Shown here: positions 29,239 to 38,770 of the stretch, in pieces
Numbering within the stretch: the stretch's first letter is position 1
How the letters are laid out: every line of letters begins with the position of its first letter
Source: a virus
Taxonomy: Duplodnaviria > Heunggongvirae > Uroviricota > Caudoviricetes
Virus record (IMG/VR): IMGVR_UViG_3300044212_000090
Reading direction: 5' to 3' (one strand)
DNA length: 64,000 nucleotides
Notes under the pieces: generated by a model
Seen by the model: only the letters and a program-made list of their open reading frames with translations
The model's database searches: none
Told to the model about the DNA's origin: nothing
Translations under genes and position numbers: made by a program

Positions 29239-30609
29239 ATGACAGACACTCCCGAAGACTCTTTGGCATTCGACGCCGAGGCGATGGCGCGGCTCGACGA
29301 TCCGAACGCCGTCACGTTCCTGACAGGCAAGGCGGGCAGCGGCAAGAGCACGCTCATCCGCCACTGGCTTCGCACCTCGGCGCCCGCCAACACGCTGGTC
29401 GCGGCGCCCACGGGCATCGCGGCACTCAATGTGAACGGGGTCACGCTCCATCATCTCATCCACGCCAAGCCCGGCATCACCCCCGACGAGGCGGAGGGGC
29501 TGGGCCATCGCTGGAAGGGTTCGCCCTACAGCGACCTCGGCGCCCTGGTCGTCGACGAGATCAGCATGGTCCGCGCCGACCTCATGGACTGCCTGGATCG
29601 GTTCCTCAAGGCCGCGCGCGGCTCCACGCTGCCGTTCGGAGGCCTCAAGCTCGTGCTGGTGGGCGACCTGGCGCAGCTGCCCCCGGTGGTCACGCGCGAG
29701 GACGCGAAGGCGTTCGATGGCTCGATATGGCCCGGCCCGTGGTTCTTCCAGTCCCATGCGATGGCCGAGGTCATGAAGGGGCTGGACGTGGGACTGCGCG
29801 GCATCGAGCTCACGGAGATCCACCGCCAGAGCGACCCCGCGTTCATCGCGGCTCTGAACGCTCTGCGCGACGGGCGTCCGTCCCGCGGGTCGCTTGCGAC
29901 GCTCAACGCCCGCGTGGCGCCGATGGGCGCGGACTGCGGCATCGTGCTCGCGGCCACGAACCGGCGCGCGGACGTCATCAACGCCGCCATGCTGGCGCGC
30001 CTACCCGGACCATCCGACGTCTTCACGGCGCAGATCGGCGGCGAGTGGGCGAAGTCGCTGAGGCCCGCCCCCGAGCGCCTGGAGACGCGGCCCGGCATGC
30101 GGGTCATGATGCTCACGAACGATCAGGGGGGCCTGTGGGCGAATGGCTCGATGGGGGAGCTTCTTCGCGTCGAGGACGGCGTGGCTGAGATCAGGCTCGA
30201 CGACGGCAGCATCATCGAGGTCGGGCAGCACTCGTGGGAGGTCACCCGCCCTGTCGTGCGCGAGGTGGAGATGAACGACGGAGCGGGCGGCACGCGGAAG
30301 CGTAAACGGCTAGATTCGGTGGTCATCGGCTCCTACCGCCAGATGCCGTTCGCGCCCGGCTGGGCCGTGACCATCCACAAGTCGCAGGGCAAGAGCTTCG
30401 AGCGCTGCCGCATCGAGCTGCCGCCCGGCCCGCTGTTCGCCGCAGGGCAGGCGTACGTGGCCCTGAGCCGCGCCACGGGGCTGGACGGGCTGACCCTGAG
30501 CCGTCCGCTCTACCCCCGGGACGTCATCGCCGACCCCGCCGCGCTGGGCTTCCTGGAGGAGCTGCGCAAGGGCTTCCCGCAGCCGGCGGTGCAGGAAGGG
30601 CTGTTCTAG
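29239..30609 (+). CDS. PIF1/RecD-family (AAA_30/UvrD_C_2) DNA helicase
   Basis: Walker A GKAGSGKST, Walker B LVVDEISM, C-terminal VTIHKSQGKSFE and YVALSRA motifs. Confidence 0.8.
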   Translation: MTDTPEDSLAFDAEAMARLDDPNAVTFLTGKAGSGKSTLIRHWLRTSAPANTLVAAPTGIAALNVNGVTLHHLIHAKPGITPDEAEGLGHRWKGSPYSDLGALVVDEISMVRADLMDCLDRFLKAARGSTLPFGGLKLVLVGDLAQLPPVVTREDAKAFDGSIWPGPWFFQSHAMAEVMKGLDVGLRGIELTEIHRQSDPAFIAALNALRDGRPSRGSLATLNARVAPMGADCGIVLAATNRRADVINAAMLARLPGPSDVFTAQIGGEWAKSLRPAPERLETRPGMRVMMLTNDQGGLWANGSMGELLRVEDGVAEIRLDDGSIIEVGQHSWEVTRPVVREVEMNDGAGGTRKRKRLDSVVIGSYRQMPFAPGWAVTIHKSQGKSFERCRIELPPGPLFAAGQAYVALSRATGLDGLTLSRPLYPRDVIADPAALGFLEELRKGFPQPAVQEGLF

Positions 30610-30778
30610 TCGCAGAAATGCGAGAAACGCCCGTCTGCGGGCCTGACGTGCGCTGGTGGTACGGGATGTATCGCCTTTCGCATATCAGGCCCGCAGACAG
30701 GCGTTTCCGTTCGTCCTGCGGACATGTGTCCGTTTCCGCCGCGCCTCTCGAAGGGGGTGGCTTGTCTCCCTGTTTCGC

Positions 30779-31618
30779 TTATCCCGCGGTTCGAGCCGCG
30801 GCGTCGTTCCGCCCGTCCGATGCGTCCTTCTTTCCGTATTCGGGCAGCTCCGCCTGACGGAGCAGATGGTTGAGCGCATCTGCGATGATCCCGCACTGCA
30901 TCTCGACGGCGCCGGGTCGCACGCCCCGCTCCGTGAGCGCATCGTCGAGCCGCTTCGCCCCGAGGTCACCCCACGGGCTCACGCCGTGGCTTCGCATTAC
31001 GTTTTCGAGCGCATCGAGCCGGACCAGTTCCTCTTTCTTCGCTTCGACGTCCAGCCGCTCGCGCTCCAGCTCTTCGAGCCGCCTGCTCATCGCCGTGCCG
31101 AAGCGCAGTCCGACGTTGCGCCAGTCCTCTTTCTCCTCCAGGAACCCCCTGGCATCCGCGTAATGCCGGTACCGGTCGCGCTCCCGGTTCGCGAAGCACA
31201 GGCGGGTGAGGATGGCGTCGCGCACGGCGGAGATGTTTGCGTCCTCATTGAACACAGGCCTGCGCCGGTAGCGCAGCGCCCCGGAGGACGGCGTGTACCA
31301 CATCAGCCCGATGGCCTGGGGCACCTCTTCGCGCGCGATCATGCCGGACGGGCACACGAGTGTGAGCGAATTCACATACTGGGCGTACAGCGTGTACTTC
31401 GCGTCTCGCAGGAAGTCGCCCCGGTCGACCTTGATCTCGAACCCGTGCGCCTGCATGCCCGGCGCGCGGCGCACCAGATTCACGCCGTCGAGCCGGAGAT
31501 TCCCGTTGGCGTCCGGACCCACGGCTATCTCCTCGAAGAAGCCGCAGCTCTCGAAATGGTAGCGCTTGGATAGGGCCCGCTTAATGTCGGACGATGTGAC
31601 TTTCGCTTGGATTGACAT
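30779..31618 (-). CDS. MmcB-like PD-(D/E)xK nuclease family protein
   Basis: N-terminal VTSSDIKRALSKRY..E...G..R.D..A....G.EIKVDRGDF pattern typical of MmcB/DUF family. Confidence 0.5.
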   Translation of the reverse strand: MSIQAKVTSSDIKRALSKRYHFESCGFFEEIAVGPDANGNLRLDGVNLVRRAPGMQAHGFEIKVDRGDFLRDAKYTLYAQYVNSLTLVCPSGMIAREEVPQAIGLMWYTPSSGALRYRRRPVFNEDANISAVRDAILTRLCFANRERDRYRHYADARGFLEEKEDWRNVGLRFGTAMSRRLEELERERLDVEAKKEELVRLDALENVMRSHGVSPWGDLGAKRLDDALTERGVRPGAVEMQCGIIADALNHLLRQAELPEYGKKDASDGRNDAAARTAG

Positions 31619-31702
31619 GGGGGAGGATATGCGTCGGAGACGGAACAAGGGGCCTCCTGCGGAACGAATTCCGCAGGAGGCCCCTTGTTCCGATGAGTCC
31701 GA

Positions 31703-31876
31703 CTACACCCGGCTCCTTCGCCTCTCGTAGGCCAGCAGCGCCCCGATCAGGGCGAGTGCGGCGCCGCCCGCGATGGCGGCGGGCAGGACGATGCGGCGCA
31801 TTCCTTCTCCGCCCGTCTGCCCAAGGCTGCTCGCGAGCGGCAGCTGCGCATTGGCGAAGACGGGGCTGCCGGTCAT
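31703..31876 (-). pseudogene. orphan cell-wall sorting-signal remnant (LGQTG + TM + charged tail)
   Basis: Encodes ...SLGQTGGEGMRRIVLPAAIAGGAALALIGALLAYERRRSRV with no plausible upstream coding region. Confidence 0.25.
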
Positions 31877-32014
31877 GTTCGTTCCATCCCGCGACCGCTG
31901 CGCCGTGAACGGCAGCGGCCCGTCGCCGTTCGGCTCGCATGGGCGCGAGGCTCGGGAGCGCGGCGCAAGGCCGCTGAGTCGTTCGACGCTCGCAAGGCCG
32001 CGCACGAGAAGGCG

Positions 32015-32440
32015 ATGGCGCGCTACGCGGACGATCTCGGCGCGTACGCCATCGCCCATGAGCGGTACGAACGGGAGCGCTCCGACTACTCGCAGACGCT
32101 GAATGCGTTCCGTCAGGCCCGCGAGCACAGGGAGGCCCAGATAGAGCAGCGGCGCAACGAGTCCGAGCGGCGCCGCCGGCAGGCAATCGCGGATGCCATG
32201 GCGCAGGCCCAGCGGATGGTCCCGCAGGCCATCTGCTGGGCGACGCGGAATCCGATAGGGAAGCTGCGCGAGTACGCGGGCATCATGGCCGGCGCCCAGC
32301 GTGTGCAGACCCCCCCGCCGCTGCCTGACGCGGTCATCCCCGACATCGCGCCGCTCGAATCAATCCCCGAGCAGGCCCCGCACATGCGCGCCGAGCTCGA
32401 AGCGATGCGCGAGGAGGACGGCGCGCAGGACGTCTTCTGA
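32015..32440 (+). CDS. hypothetical charged helical protein (true start uncertain, may lie upstream)
   Basis: 141-aa ORF followed by a strong bidirectional terminator; frame stays open upstream of the first ATG. Confidence 0.4.
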   Translation: MARYADDLGAYAIAHERYERERSDYSQTLNAFRQAREHREAQIEQRRNESERRRRQAIADAMAQAQRMVPQAICWATRNPIGKLREYAGIMAGAQRVQTPPPLPDAVIPDIAPLESIPEQAPHMRAELEAMREEDGAQDVF

Positions 32441-32454
32441 CAAGGCCCGGAGAT

Positions 32455-32500
32455 ACGGCAGAGCGCCCCTGCGGATGATTCCGCAGGGGCGCTCTGCCGT
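32455..32500. terminator. bidirectional rho-independent terminator
   Basis: ACGGCAGAGCGCCCCTGCGG-ATGATT-CCGCAGGGGCGCTCTGCCGT. Confidence 0.7.
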
Positions 32501-32514
32501 ATTCGGATCGGATC

Positions 32515-34296
32515 CTAGCGCATCCGCCGCGCGAGCGGGATGGTCGCCCCGGCGCACGAGAGCAGCAGCCCGATTGCCAGCAGCGGCATCACGCCGCCCG
32601 CGCCGGTCTGCGCGAGCCTGGCGCTCTGTTCGGGCTTGGGCTGCGTGGGGACCGGCGTCTTCGCATCCGCCAGCGCGACCGCCGTGCCGTCCGCGCCGAT
32701 CCGGTCGGCCTTGTCCGTCGTCACGTGGATGCCATTAGCATCCGTGCGGATGGTGATGGCGAACGACCGTCCGTCGAGCGCGTAGCCTTCCGGGGCCTTG
32801 GTCTCCCTGAGCGTGAAGTCGCCGTCCAGCCCCTCGATATGCGTCGCGTTGCCATTCAGAACGTTCTGCCCGTTCGCGTCGGGGATGAGGCGCGAGCCGT
32901 CCTTCACGAACGTCATGGCTTCGTCCGTGCCTTTGCGGTTCAGGCTGAACTGCGCCCCATCCAGGGCCCTGCCGTTAAGGTCGGTCTTTTTGAGATCCAG
33001 CGCGCCGGTGTACACGATGGCCGGGTCGCCGTGCATGAGGCCGTCGTCCTGCCCGTCGTTCTCGGTTTCAGCGGATGAAGCGAGGGCCTCTGGAGCCCCG
33101 GTCGCGCCCGCGAACACGCCCGCGGGCGCGACCGGGTTGCCGTCCCTGCCGATGACCGCGCCCTTGTCGAGGATCGCGTCGAAGGAGAACGAGACGACAA
33201 TCGGCTTGTCCGAGTCGGGCAGAGCGAGACCCCAGTCCGTACCCCAGTACGGGCTCTCGCCCCCGGCGTCCCACACTTGTCCGAACGTGGCGGTCGCGGT
33301 GGAGCCGTCATGAGCGATGAGATAGTCGCCGTCCGCCGTGTCTTCCGGCAGATCGCCGTTCTCGTCCGGCTGGGCGTCCAGGGCCTTGAGGCGCTTCCCG
33401 TCGATGCTCACCTCCTCGTTGCCCGCCCAGGCCAGTCCCTTCGAGAGCGCGGCCTGAAGCATGCCCTTGTTCAGATGGGAGGAGTGCAGCGTCTGGGAGA
33501 TGCTCACGCGCACCGTCTGCCCGATGGACGCCCCGGTCGTCGGCTTGGCATCCACGGCGGCGATGGGCTTGTCCATGAGGTCGGCGGCGGATGGTTTGCC
33601 GAGATAATAACTGCCGTTGCCCCAGGTGCCTATCCACGAGTTGTCTGTAGGGACATTGGGCGCGATCTCCGTGAAGACGATCGCAGGCGTGCTCGCGTGC
33701 GGGGAATCGGCGGACGTGCGGATGAGATACGCGCCGGGCGCAAGCCCCGTGAAGCCATCCCCGTCGCCCGTGGAGAAGGTTGCGGCGGGCGCGGGCAGCC
33801 CATTGCTCGCAGCAAGATTCTCCGCGAAGGCCTGCATGTCATCGGAGACGTCCCCCTTTGCAGTCGCATCTGCGACGCTCTGGAACGGATTGCCCGGATC
33901 CGCATGGGTCCTGAAGTCTGTCGGCATGGCATCGAGGAGAACGGAGGCATCGGCGATGGGATGCATCCTCACGTCTTCGATTCCGTATTCTCGCAGGTTC
34001 TCCGGGATGTCATCCGTGCAGGGGGTGTCCCTATATCCAGGATAAGGAGTGAGGCAGGTCATCGTCTCGCTCGCCGAGGCGTACCCCGCCAGCGGGATGG
34101 CCTCAAGCCTATAAGCGCCCTTCTCGGTCAGCGCCGGGATGTCCTGACTGACGCTGATGGTCGTGAGCGACGTGATATCAGGCTGATAGGGCGATTCCTC
34201 GGCCTGCGCCGGGATGGCGCCGATCATGGTCATGGGGATGACGGCCAGGAGCGCCATCAGCGCTTTTACCGCCCCCCCTCCTATGCTTTTTCGCAT
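32515..34296 (-). CDS. LAQTG-anchored surface protein, pilin-like with CnaB-type domain
   Basis: Signal peptide, TLRETKAPEGYAL CnaB-type motif, C-terminal LAQTG + TM + RRMR. Confidence 0.7.
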   Translation of the reverse strand: MRKSIGGGAVKALMALLAVIPMTMIGAIPAQAEESPYQPDITSLTTISVSQDIPALTEKGAYRLEAIPLAGYASASETMTCLTPYPGYRDTPCTDDIPENLREYGIEDVRMHPIADASVLLDAMPTDFRTHADPGNPFQSVADATAKGDVSDDMQAFAENLAASNGLPAPAATFSTGDGDGFTGLAPGAYLIRTSADSPHASTPAIVFTEIAPNVPTDNSWIGTWGNGSYYLGKPSAADLMDKPIAAVDAKPTTGASIGQTVRVSISQTLHSSHLNKGMLQAALSKGLAWAGNEEVSIDGKRLKALDAQPDENGDLPEDTADGDYLIAHDGSTATATFGQVWDAGGESPYWGTDWGLALPDSDKPIVVSFSFDAILDKGAVIGRDGNPVAPAGVFAGATGAPEALASSAETENDGQDDGLMHGDPAIVYTGALDLKKTDLNGRALDGAQFSLNRKGTDEAMTFVKDGSRLIPDANGQNVLNGNATHIEGLDGDFTLRETKAPEGYALDGRSFAITIRTDANGIHVTTDKADRIGADGTAVALADAKTPVPTQPKPEQSARLAQTGAGGVMPLLAIGLLLSCAGATIPLARRMR

Positions 34297-34378
34297 TTTC
34301 TTGCTTTCGTTCGGTTCCTACGAGGTCATCCCGCGCTATGCGTCGGACGCATGCTCGGACGAGGCATAGGAGGAGTGC

Positions 34379-34942
34379 ATGGCGAAGAAAGCGAAGACGA
34401 AACCGAAGAGGCCGGTGCGGTCCGAATCCCGTACGCGGGCCGAGGCGCTGGCGGCGGCCAAGGCGTTCCTGCGCGCGATGCTGGAGCTCTACGATCTCGA
34501 CCGCGGGGATGCTGGCGTGTGGGGCGAGCGCGAGTGGCTGGCGGTGCGCATGGAGGGTCCGAATCTGGCGCAGGTCGCCGCGCGGCTGTCCATCCGCCCC
34601 GGCTATGCATTCCGCGACTTCATCGAGCCGCTGCGCGACGCGCTGCTCGGCTACTCGCCGGACGACGACCTGCTCGACCTCTGGGAGCCGAACATGCTGG
34701 GACGCATGGGCGGATCGAGGAAGCGCATGAAGGACATGCTCGACGCCGACCAGGCGCATTTCGCAGATGTCGCCGCGAGGCTGGACGCAGACGACATAGC
34801 GAGGGCCGCGGGAGCGTTCGCGGCCCGCTCCAAGAGCCTCGGCATCGCCGAATACGACGAGGAGGAGGCTGAGGAGCGCAGGAACGGCGGGAGGGTCGAC
34901 CTCTCGCTGACGATGAACGGAGGAGATTCTACTGATGAATGA
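34379..34942 (+). CDS. hypothetical protein
   Basis: 187-aa ORF with AGGAGG RBS. Confidence 0.5.
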   Translation: MAKKAKTKPKRPVRSESRTRAEALAAAKAFLRAMLELYDLDRGDAGVWGEREWLAVRMEGPNLAQVAARLSIRPGYAFRDFIEPLRDALLGYSPDDDLLDLWEPNMLGRMGGSRKRMKDMLDADQAHFADVAARLDADDIARAAGAFAARSKSLGIAEYDEEEAEERRNGGRVDLSLTMNGGDSTDE

Positions 34943-35153
34943 CGGCTATCAGATGCTCACGGTGAGCGCGGAGGCGACGCAGCGCGCCACGAAGACGCTC
35001 TCCGTCGTATGGCTTGACTCTCTTGGCGAGCCGACCCCCGAGCACGTGCTCGCGGAACTGAAGCGCGGCGGCCTTGAGGTCGAAGAGGTGGACAGCGACG
35101 AGGACGAGCCGACGTACGAGGACTGCGCCGTGCTGAATGCGGAAAGGGAGTAG
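34935..35153 (+). CDS. small acidic hypothetical protein
   Basis: 72-aa ORF overlapping the upstream stop. Confidence 0.4.
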   Translation: MNDGYQMLTVSAEATQRATKTLSVVWLDSLGEPTPEHVLAELKRGGLEVEEVDSDEDEPTYEDCAVLNAERE

Positions 35154-35159
35154 CGCACG

Positions 35160-35621
35160 ATGGAGCTTGACGGACGGAGATACCGGCGCATCGACGACGT
35201 GAACGAGGCGATGCCGGGCGACCTGGCGCAGATGGGCCACTGGCGCCAGGTTGAGATAGACGAGGTGGAGCGGGACGACGAGGGCGATGTCATCCGCCTT
35301 CTCGCCGGCACCTGCGGATACGAGGTGGGCGAGCTGCCCATCTACATGCGCGGGATCAGGTTCCTGCTGCGCCCCGAGGGCGAGCTGCCGAGCGAGCCGG
35401 GGCTCTACCGCTCCGCGGTCATGGACGAGACCACGCTCTACCTCCGCTCCGGGGACGAGTGGCTGGCGAAGCGCTGCAACCCGTGGATGCTGATCGAGCC
35501 GGATTGCGGCTACTTCCTCCATGGCTCGCTCTCCGACGCGCAGCTGCTGAACATGCTGGGCGGCAGGGAGCTGCTGCCCGTCAAGACCGAATACGCGAAC
35601 GACAAGGAGGCGACCCGATGA
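35160..35621 (+). CDS. hypothetical protein
   Basis: 153-aa ORF. Confidence 0.45.
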   Translation: MELDGRRYRRIDDVNEAMPGDLAQMGHWRQVEIDEVERDDEGDVIRLLAGTCGYEVGELPIYMRGIRFLLRPEGELPSEPGLYRSAVMDETTLYLRSGDEWLAKRCNPWMLIEPDCGYFLHGSLSDAQLLNMLGGRELLPVKTEYANDKEATR

Positions 35622-36040
35622 GCCGCAGGAGGAAGAGCGCCAAGGCGCCGAAGGAAAGCCCCAAGGCGCTCGGCATGCCGCCGGATGCCATCCATCCCGG
35701 CGACATGATCACGCTGGGCGACGGCAACACGTACACGGTCGCCGGGGTCGGCGACGATGGCGGCGTCCGGTTCAGCACGGAATTCGCGGCAGGCGTCGTC
35801 AAACCCCAAGATATCGTCACATTGACCCCTAGGCCGTTCGAGCTGCCGAGCGAGGAGGGGCCGTACGCCGACGCCGCGCACGATTTCTCGCTCTGGTTCC
35901 ATCAGCCGAATCTCGCCGCATCATGGATCCCCCTGTGCGATGGGAACGGCGGAAGGCCCGAGCGGGACGCCCCGCTCTCGGACGAGGAGATGTCCGAGAG
36001 CCGCCCCGATCTCAAGTCATTGGCGGTCAGGACATCATGA
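35618..36040 (+). CDS. hypothetical protein
   Basis: Start MSRRRKSAKAP overlaps previous stop (ATGA). Confidence 0.45.
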   Translation: MSRRRKSAKAPKESPKALGMPPDAIHPGDMITLGDGNTYTVAGVGDDGGVRFSTEFAAGVVKPQDIVTLTPRPFELPSEEGPYADAAHDFSLWFHQPNLAASWIPLCDGNGGRPERDAPLSDEEMSESRPDLKSLAVRTS

Positions 36041-36207
36041 GAGCGCTCTCCGAATCCCAGCTCGACGCGCTGGCCCTGCTCCGCTGCGGGCCGGCGTACG
36101 CCTGCGACGGCTACCGTCGCCGCACCTTCGAGTCGCTGGTGTCGCGCGGCCTGGCCGCAAGGCATGGCGACCGGTACTACGCTCAGGGGCGTTCCATCGA
36201 GGACTAG
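36037..36207 (+). CDS. small hypothetical protein
   Basis: 56-aa ORF, ATGA overlap with previous gene. Confidence 0.35.
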   Translation: MRALSESQLDALALLRCGPAYACDGYRRRTFESLVSRGLAARHGDRYYAQGRSIED

Positions 36208-36275
36208 CTCTGCACGGACGCATAACCCCTCTCAGCAATCATCACGATTCCTGAGAGGGGTTCGCGTATGTGGAA

Positions 36276-36539
36276 TCAGATTTCCTTCAGCTCGAAAATC
36301 TCCTCCAACTTCGGCACCTCGTTCTGGCTCAGCACCGCCAGGGGATTGCCATTGACGCGAAGCGTGAACCAGAAGGCGTAGCTTCCGCTCTTCGATGAGA
36401 TGAAATCCCTAGCCGATCGCTCGATGTCGACTGACAGCTCCAGCAGGTCGCCCACGCGCACGCCATGCGCATACCGCGCCCTGCTCTTGCGCCTGATCGC
36501 CGTCACTGTCAGCGGCGCCGAGGTCATGCGGATGCTCAT
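36276..36539 (-). CDS. hypothetical protein
   Basis: 87-aa ORF in a locally lower-GC segment. Confidence 0.4.
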   Translation of the reverse strand: MSIRMTSAPLTVTAIRRKSRARYAHGVRVGDLLELSVDIERSARDFISSKSGSYAFWFTLRVNGNPLAVLSQNEVPKLEEIFELKEI

Positions 36540-36757
36540 TGCCTCTCCTCTGTTTTCCGCTTCGCCGCGCGTATGGCGGCGCTCGCGTCATCCAATGCAT
36601 CCAGTATGTCGCTTACGGACAGAATGAGCGCGTTCGTGCCGCCGGGAATGGCGGATGCTCCGCCGAGCTGCCCGTACAGGCTCTCAGCGGAGACGAACGC
36701 TGCCATCGTCTGGCTCTGGATGGCATCCAGCGCGCGCAGCGCGATTTCATCGTCCAT
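36536..36757 (-). CDS. small hypothetical protein
   Basis: 73-aa ORF (MDDEIALRALDAIQ...). Confidence 0.4.
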   Translation of the reverse strand: MDDEIALRALDAIQSQTMAAFVSAESLYGQLGGASAIPGGTNALILSVSDILDALDDASAAIRAAKRKTEERQ

Positions 36758-36770
36758 GTTGGAATTCCTT

Positions 36771-36947
36771 TCAGCCAAGAGCATCTTCAAGCCAGTCGCA
36801 GTCGCGGCACAGCCATTCGCCGACGCATCCATCATAGGACGCCGTGCACTCGAAGCAGACGAGACGGAGGCAGACATGGCATGGCACCAGGCAATCCCCC
36901 CTGCCGCACCTGGCACCGCATATGGCGCATGTCAGCATGTCCTGCAT
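36771..36947 (-). CDS. small Cys-rich (zinc-ribbon-like) protein
   Basis: 58 aa with CxxC...CxxC...CxxC...CxxC spacing. Confidence 0.4.
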   Translation of the reverse strand: MQDMLTCAICGARCGRGDCLVPCHVCLRLVCFECTASYDGCVGEWLCRDCDWLEDALG

Positions 36948-37037
36948 GCCGTCACCTCTGATCTCTTTCGATCCACGCTCCCGAAGGAGCGGCCAAAGAG
37001 AAAATGCGCAACGGCACCTTCTCTTTGGTACCATGCG

Positions 37038-38636
37038 TCAGCCCCGGAAGAAGTCGCTGATGACGTTCGGCGTGCTCGTATCGAACCCCACGACGTCAAG
37101 CTGCCCGACGTCGGTCGGATCGGCTATCGAGAAGCCGCTGGAGGTCATGCCGACCACGGCGAGCCGTGCGTCGATGCCCGAGGCCCTGCGGTACTCGGCG
37201 AGCGCCTGCGTGGGCTTGATGTCGCCCGCGAAGGTCTCATTGTCGGTCAGGATTTCAAACGAATCGAACTCCTTGCCATGCTCCTTCGCCCAGACCATCG
37301 GCAGGGCGCAGTCGGTGGCCCCCATCGGCAGGCCGGAGATGGCGCAAAGATTGTCGTCGAGGCGGCGGCGCGGGGAGACGTCCAAGGGGGTCAGCTCCGC
37401 GCCCGTATTCCAGCCGAAGCTGTCCGCGCTCTTCGCGGTGAAGCCCACGATTTCATATTCGCGCTCTGACTTCGCGGTGACCATCGCCAGCGCGGCGGAT
37501 GCCTCGCGTGGCGTGATGGGCAGCCCCGCGATGGAGTCATAGCCCATCGAGCCGGAGATGTCCAGGGCCAGCAGCGTGCGCCTGCCGGTCGGCTCCACCG
37601 CGTCGAACGAGAGGTAGAACGCCTCGTCCAGCACATCGCAGATGCGATGGACCGGCGTCCATGTCAGCGAGCCCTTGAGGCCATGTCCGGAGGCGTACGT
37701 CTTCAGGGCCACGAGCAGGGCGAGCGGGTGCAGCCGCGCCCGCTTGATGGCCTCCGCATCGGTCAGGCGCTCAGCCACGCCGCCAAGCACGCCCAACTTG
37801 GTCAGCCGGGGGAGCTGGCGCATCAGGGCTCCCAGCGGCACGGAGTCGTTGTCCAGCAGCGCCCGCCAGACCTCGGGGGAGTTCAGGGCCTCGGAGGGCA
37901 GCGCCTCCCACGGAAGACGGGAGAATGCCCTGTCGGCCCGCAGGGCCGTCGCGAGGTCCTTGGGGACCATGCGCTGCGCCTCCTCAAACGCCCTGGTGAA
38001 GTCCGAGCCGCCCGTGCGGTGGGCCATCCAGTCGAGGATTGCCGCGGTGGCCTCGTCATCGGTCTTCGGGTGCGAGAGGCGCAGCAGATCGCGGTGGGTC
38101 CACCCGTCGCGCTGGCGGTACTTGACGGCCTGATACTCCAGTGCCGAGGCGTCGCGGGCGGTGTACCAGGACGCCACGGCGCGGCGAAGGGCGCGCCCCC
38201 AGCCTCGGAACTGCTCGGCGTAGGCCACGAACATGAACAGGTGCGTGGAGGTGCGGGCGACCTTCGGCAGCGCCTCAAGCGCGTAGGAGCGCCCCGCGTC
38301 GTCCGCGACGGAGGCCGCGACGGCGAGCGCGAAGAGCGCCGGGTTCTGGCGGGGCGCGCGCCCGTTCGCGGACACGTCCACGATGGCGTCCACCAGCGCT
38401 TGAGGTTCGGACTTCGCCAGCGCGAAGACGACCCCGGCGTTCTCGCGGGCGTATTCGGTCGGCTTGGCGTAGTAGGTGCCGCCGTCCACTCCGAGGATGA
38501 GGAAGCGATGCAGGCGCTTCATGTCGTCGACTGCGAATACGTAGCCGCCGGCGGAGTTCCTCGTCTCGTCGGCCCGGCCCGGCGTGCGCTCGGTCTGCGG
38601 GGTGCGGCGGGTGGATATGGTCTTCAGGGCGTCCAT
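37038..38636 (-). CDS. rsr: Ro60-like ribonucleoprotein Rsr (TROVE domain + vWA)
   Basis: ~530-aa product with long TROVE-like helical region and vWA MIDAS motif (LALDISGSMGY); start MDALKTIS taken inside the 783-aa frame whose 5' part overlaps the Y-RNA locus. Confidence 0.7.
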   Translation of the reverse strand: MDALKTISTRRTPQTERTPGRADETRNSAGGYVFAVDDMKRLHRFLILGVDGGTYYAKPTEYARENAGVVFALAKSEPQALVDAIVDVSANGRAPRQNPALFALAVAASVADDAGRSYALEALPKVARTSTHLFMFVAYAEQFRGWGRALRRAVASWYTARDASALEYQAVKYRQRDGWTHRDLLRLSHPKTDDEATAAILDWMAHRTGGSDFTRAFEEAQRMVPKDLATALRADRAFSRLPWEALPSEALNSPEVWRALLDNDSVPLGALMRQLPRLTKLGVLGGVAERLTDAEAIKRARLHPLALLVALKTYASGHGLKGSLTWTPVHRICDVLDEAFYLSFDAVEPTGRRTLLALDISGSMGYDSIAGLPITPREASAALAMVTAKSEREYEIVGFTAKSADSFGWNTGAELTPLDVSPRRRLDDNLCAISGLPMGATDCALPMVWAKEHGKEFDSFEILTDNETFAGDIKPTQALAEYRRASGIDARLAVVGMTSSGFSIADPTDVGQLDVVGFDTSTPNVISDFFRG

Positions 38637-38711
38637 GATAGGGGCTCCTTCTTTGTTCGGACCGCCCGATGTGGCGGTCATGTGTCTGACGTGGGATATA
38701 TGCGTCCCGGA

Positions 38712-38768
38712 AACAGGAAAAGCCCTCGCGAGCGGTCGTGCAGACCGCCTGCGAGGGCTTTTCCTGAT
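38712..38768 (-). terminator. rho-independent terminator downstream of the Y-RNA-like gene
   Basis: AAAAGCCCTCGCAGGCGGTC-TGCAC-GACCGCTCGCGAGGGCTTTT followed by CCTGTTTCC on the minus strand. Confidence 0.6.
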
Positions 38769-38770
38769 AA

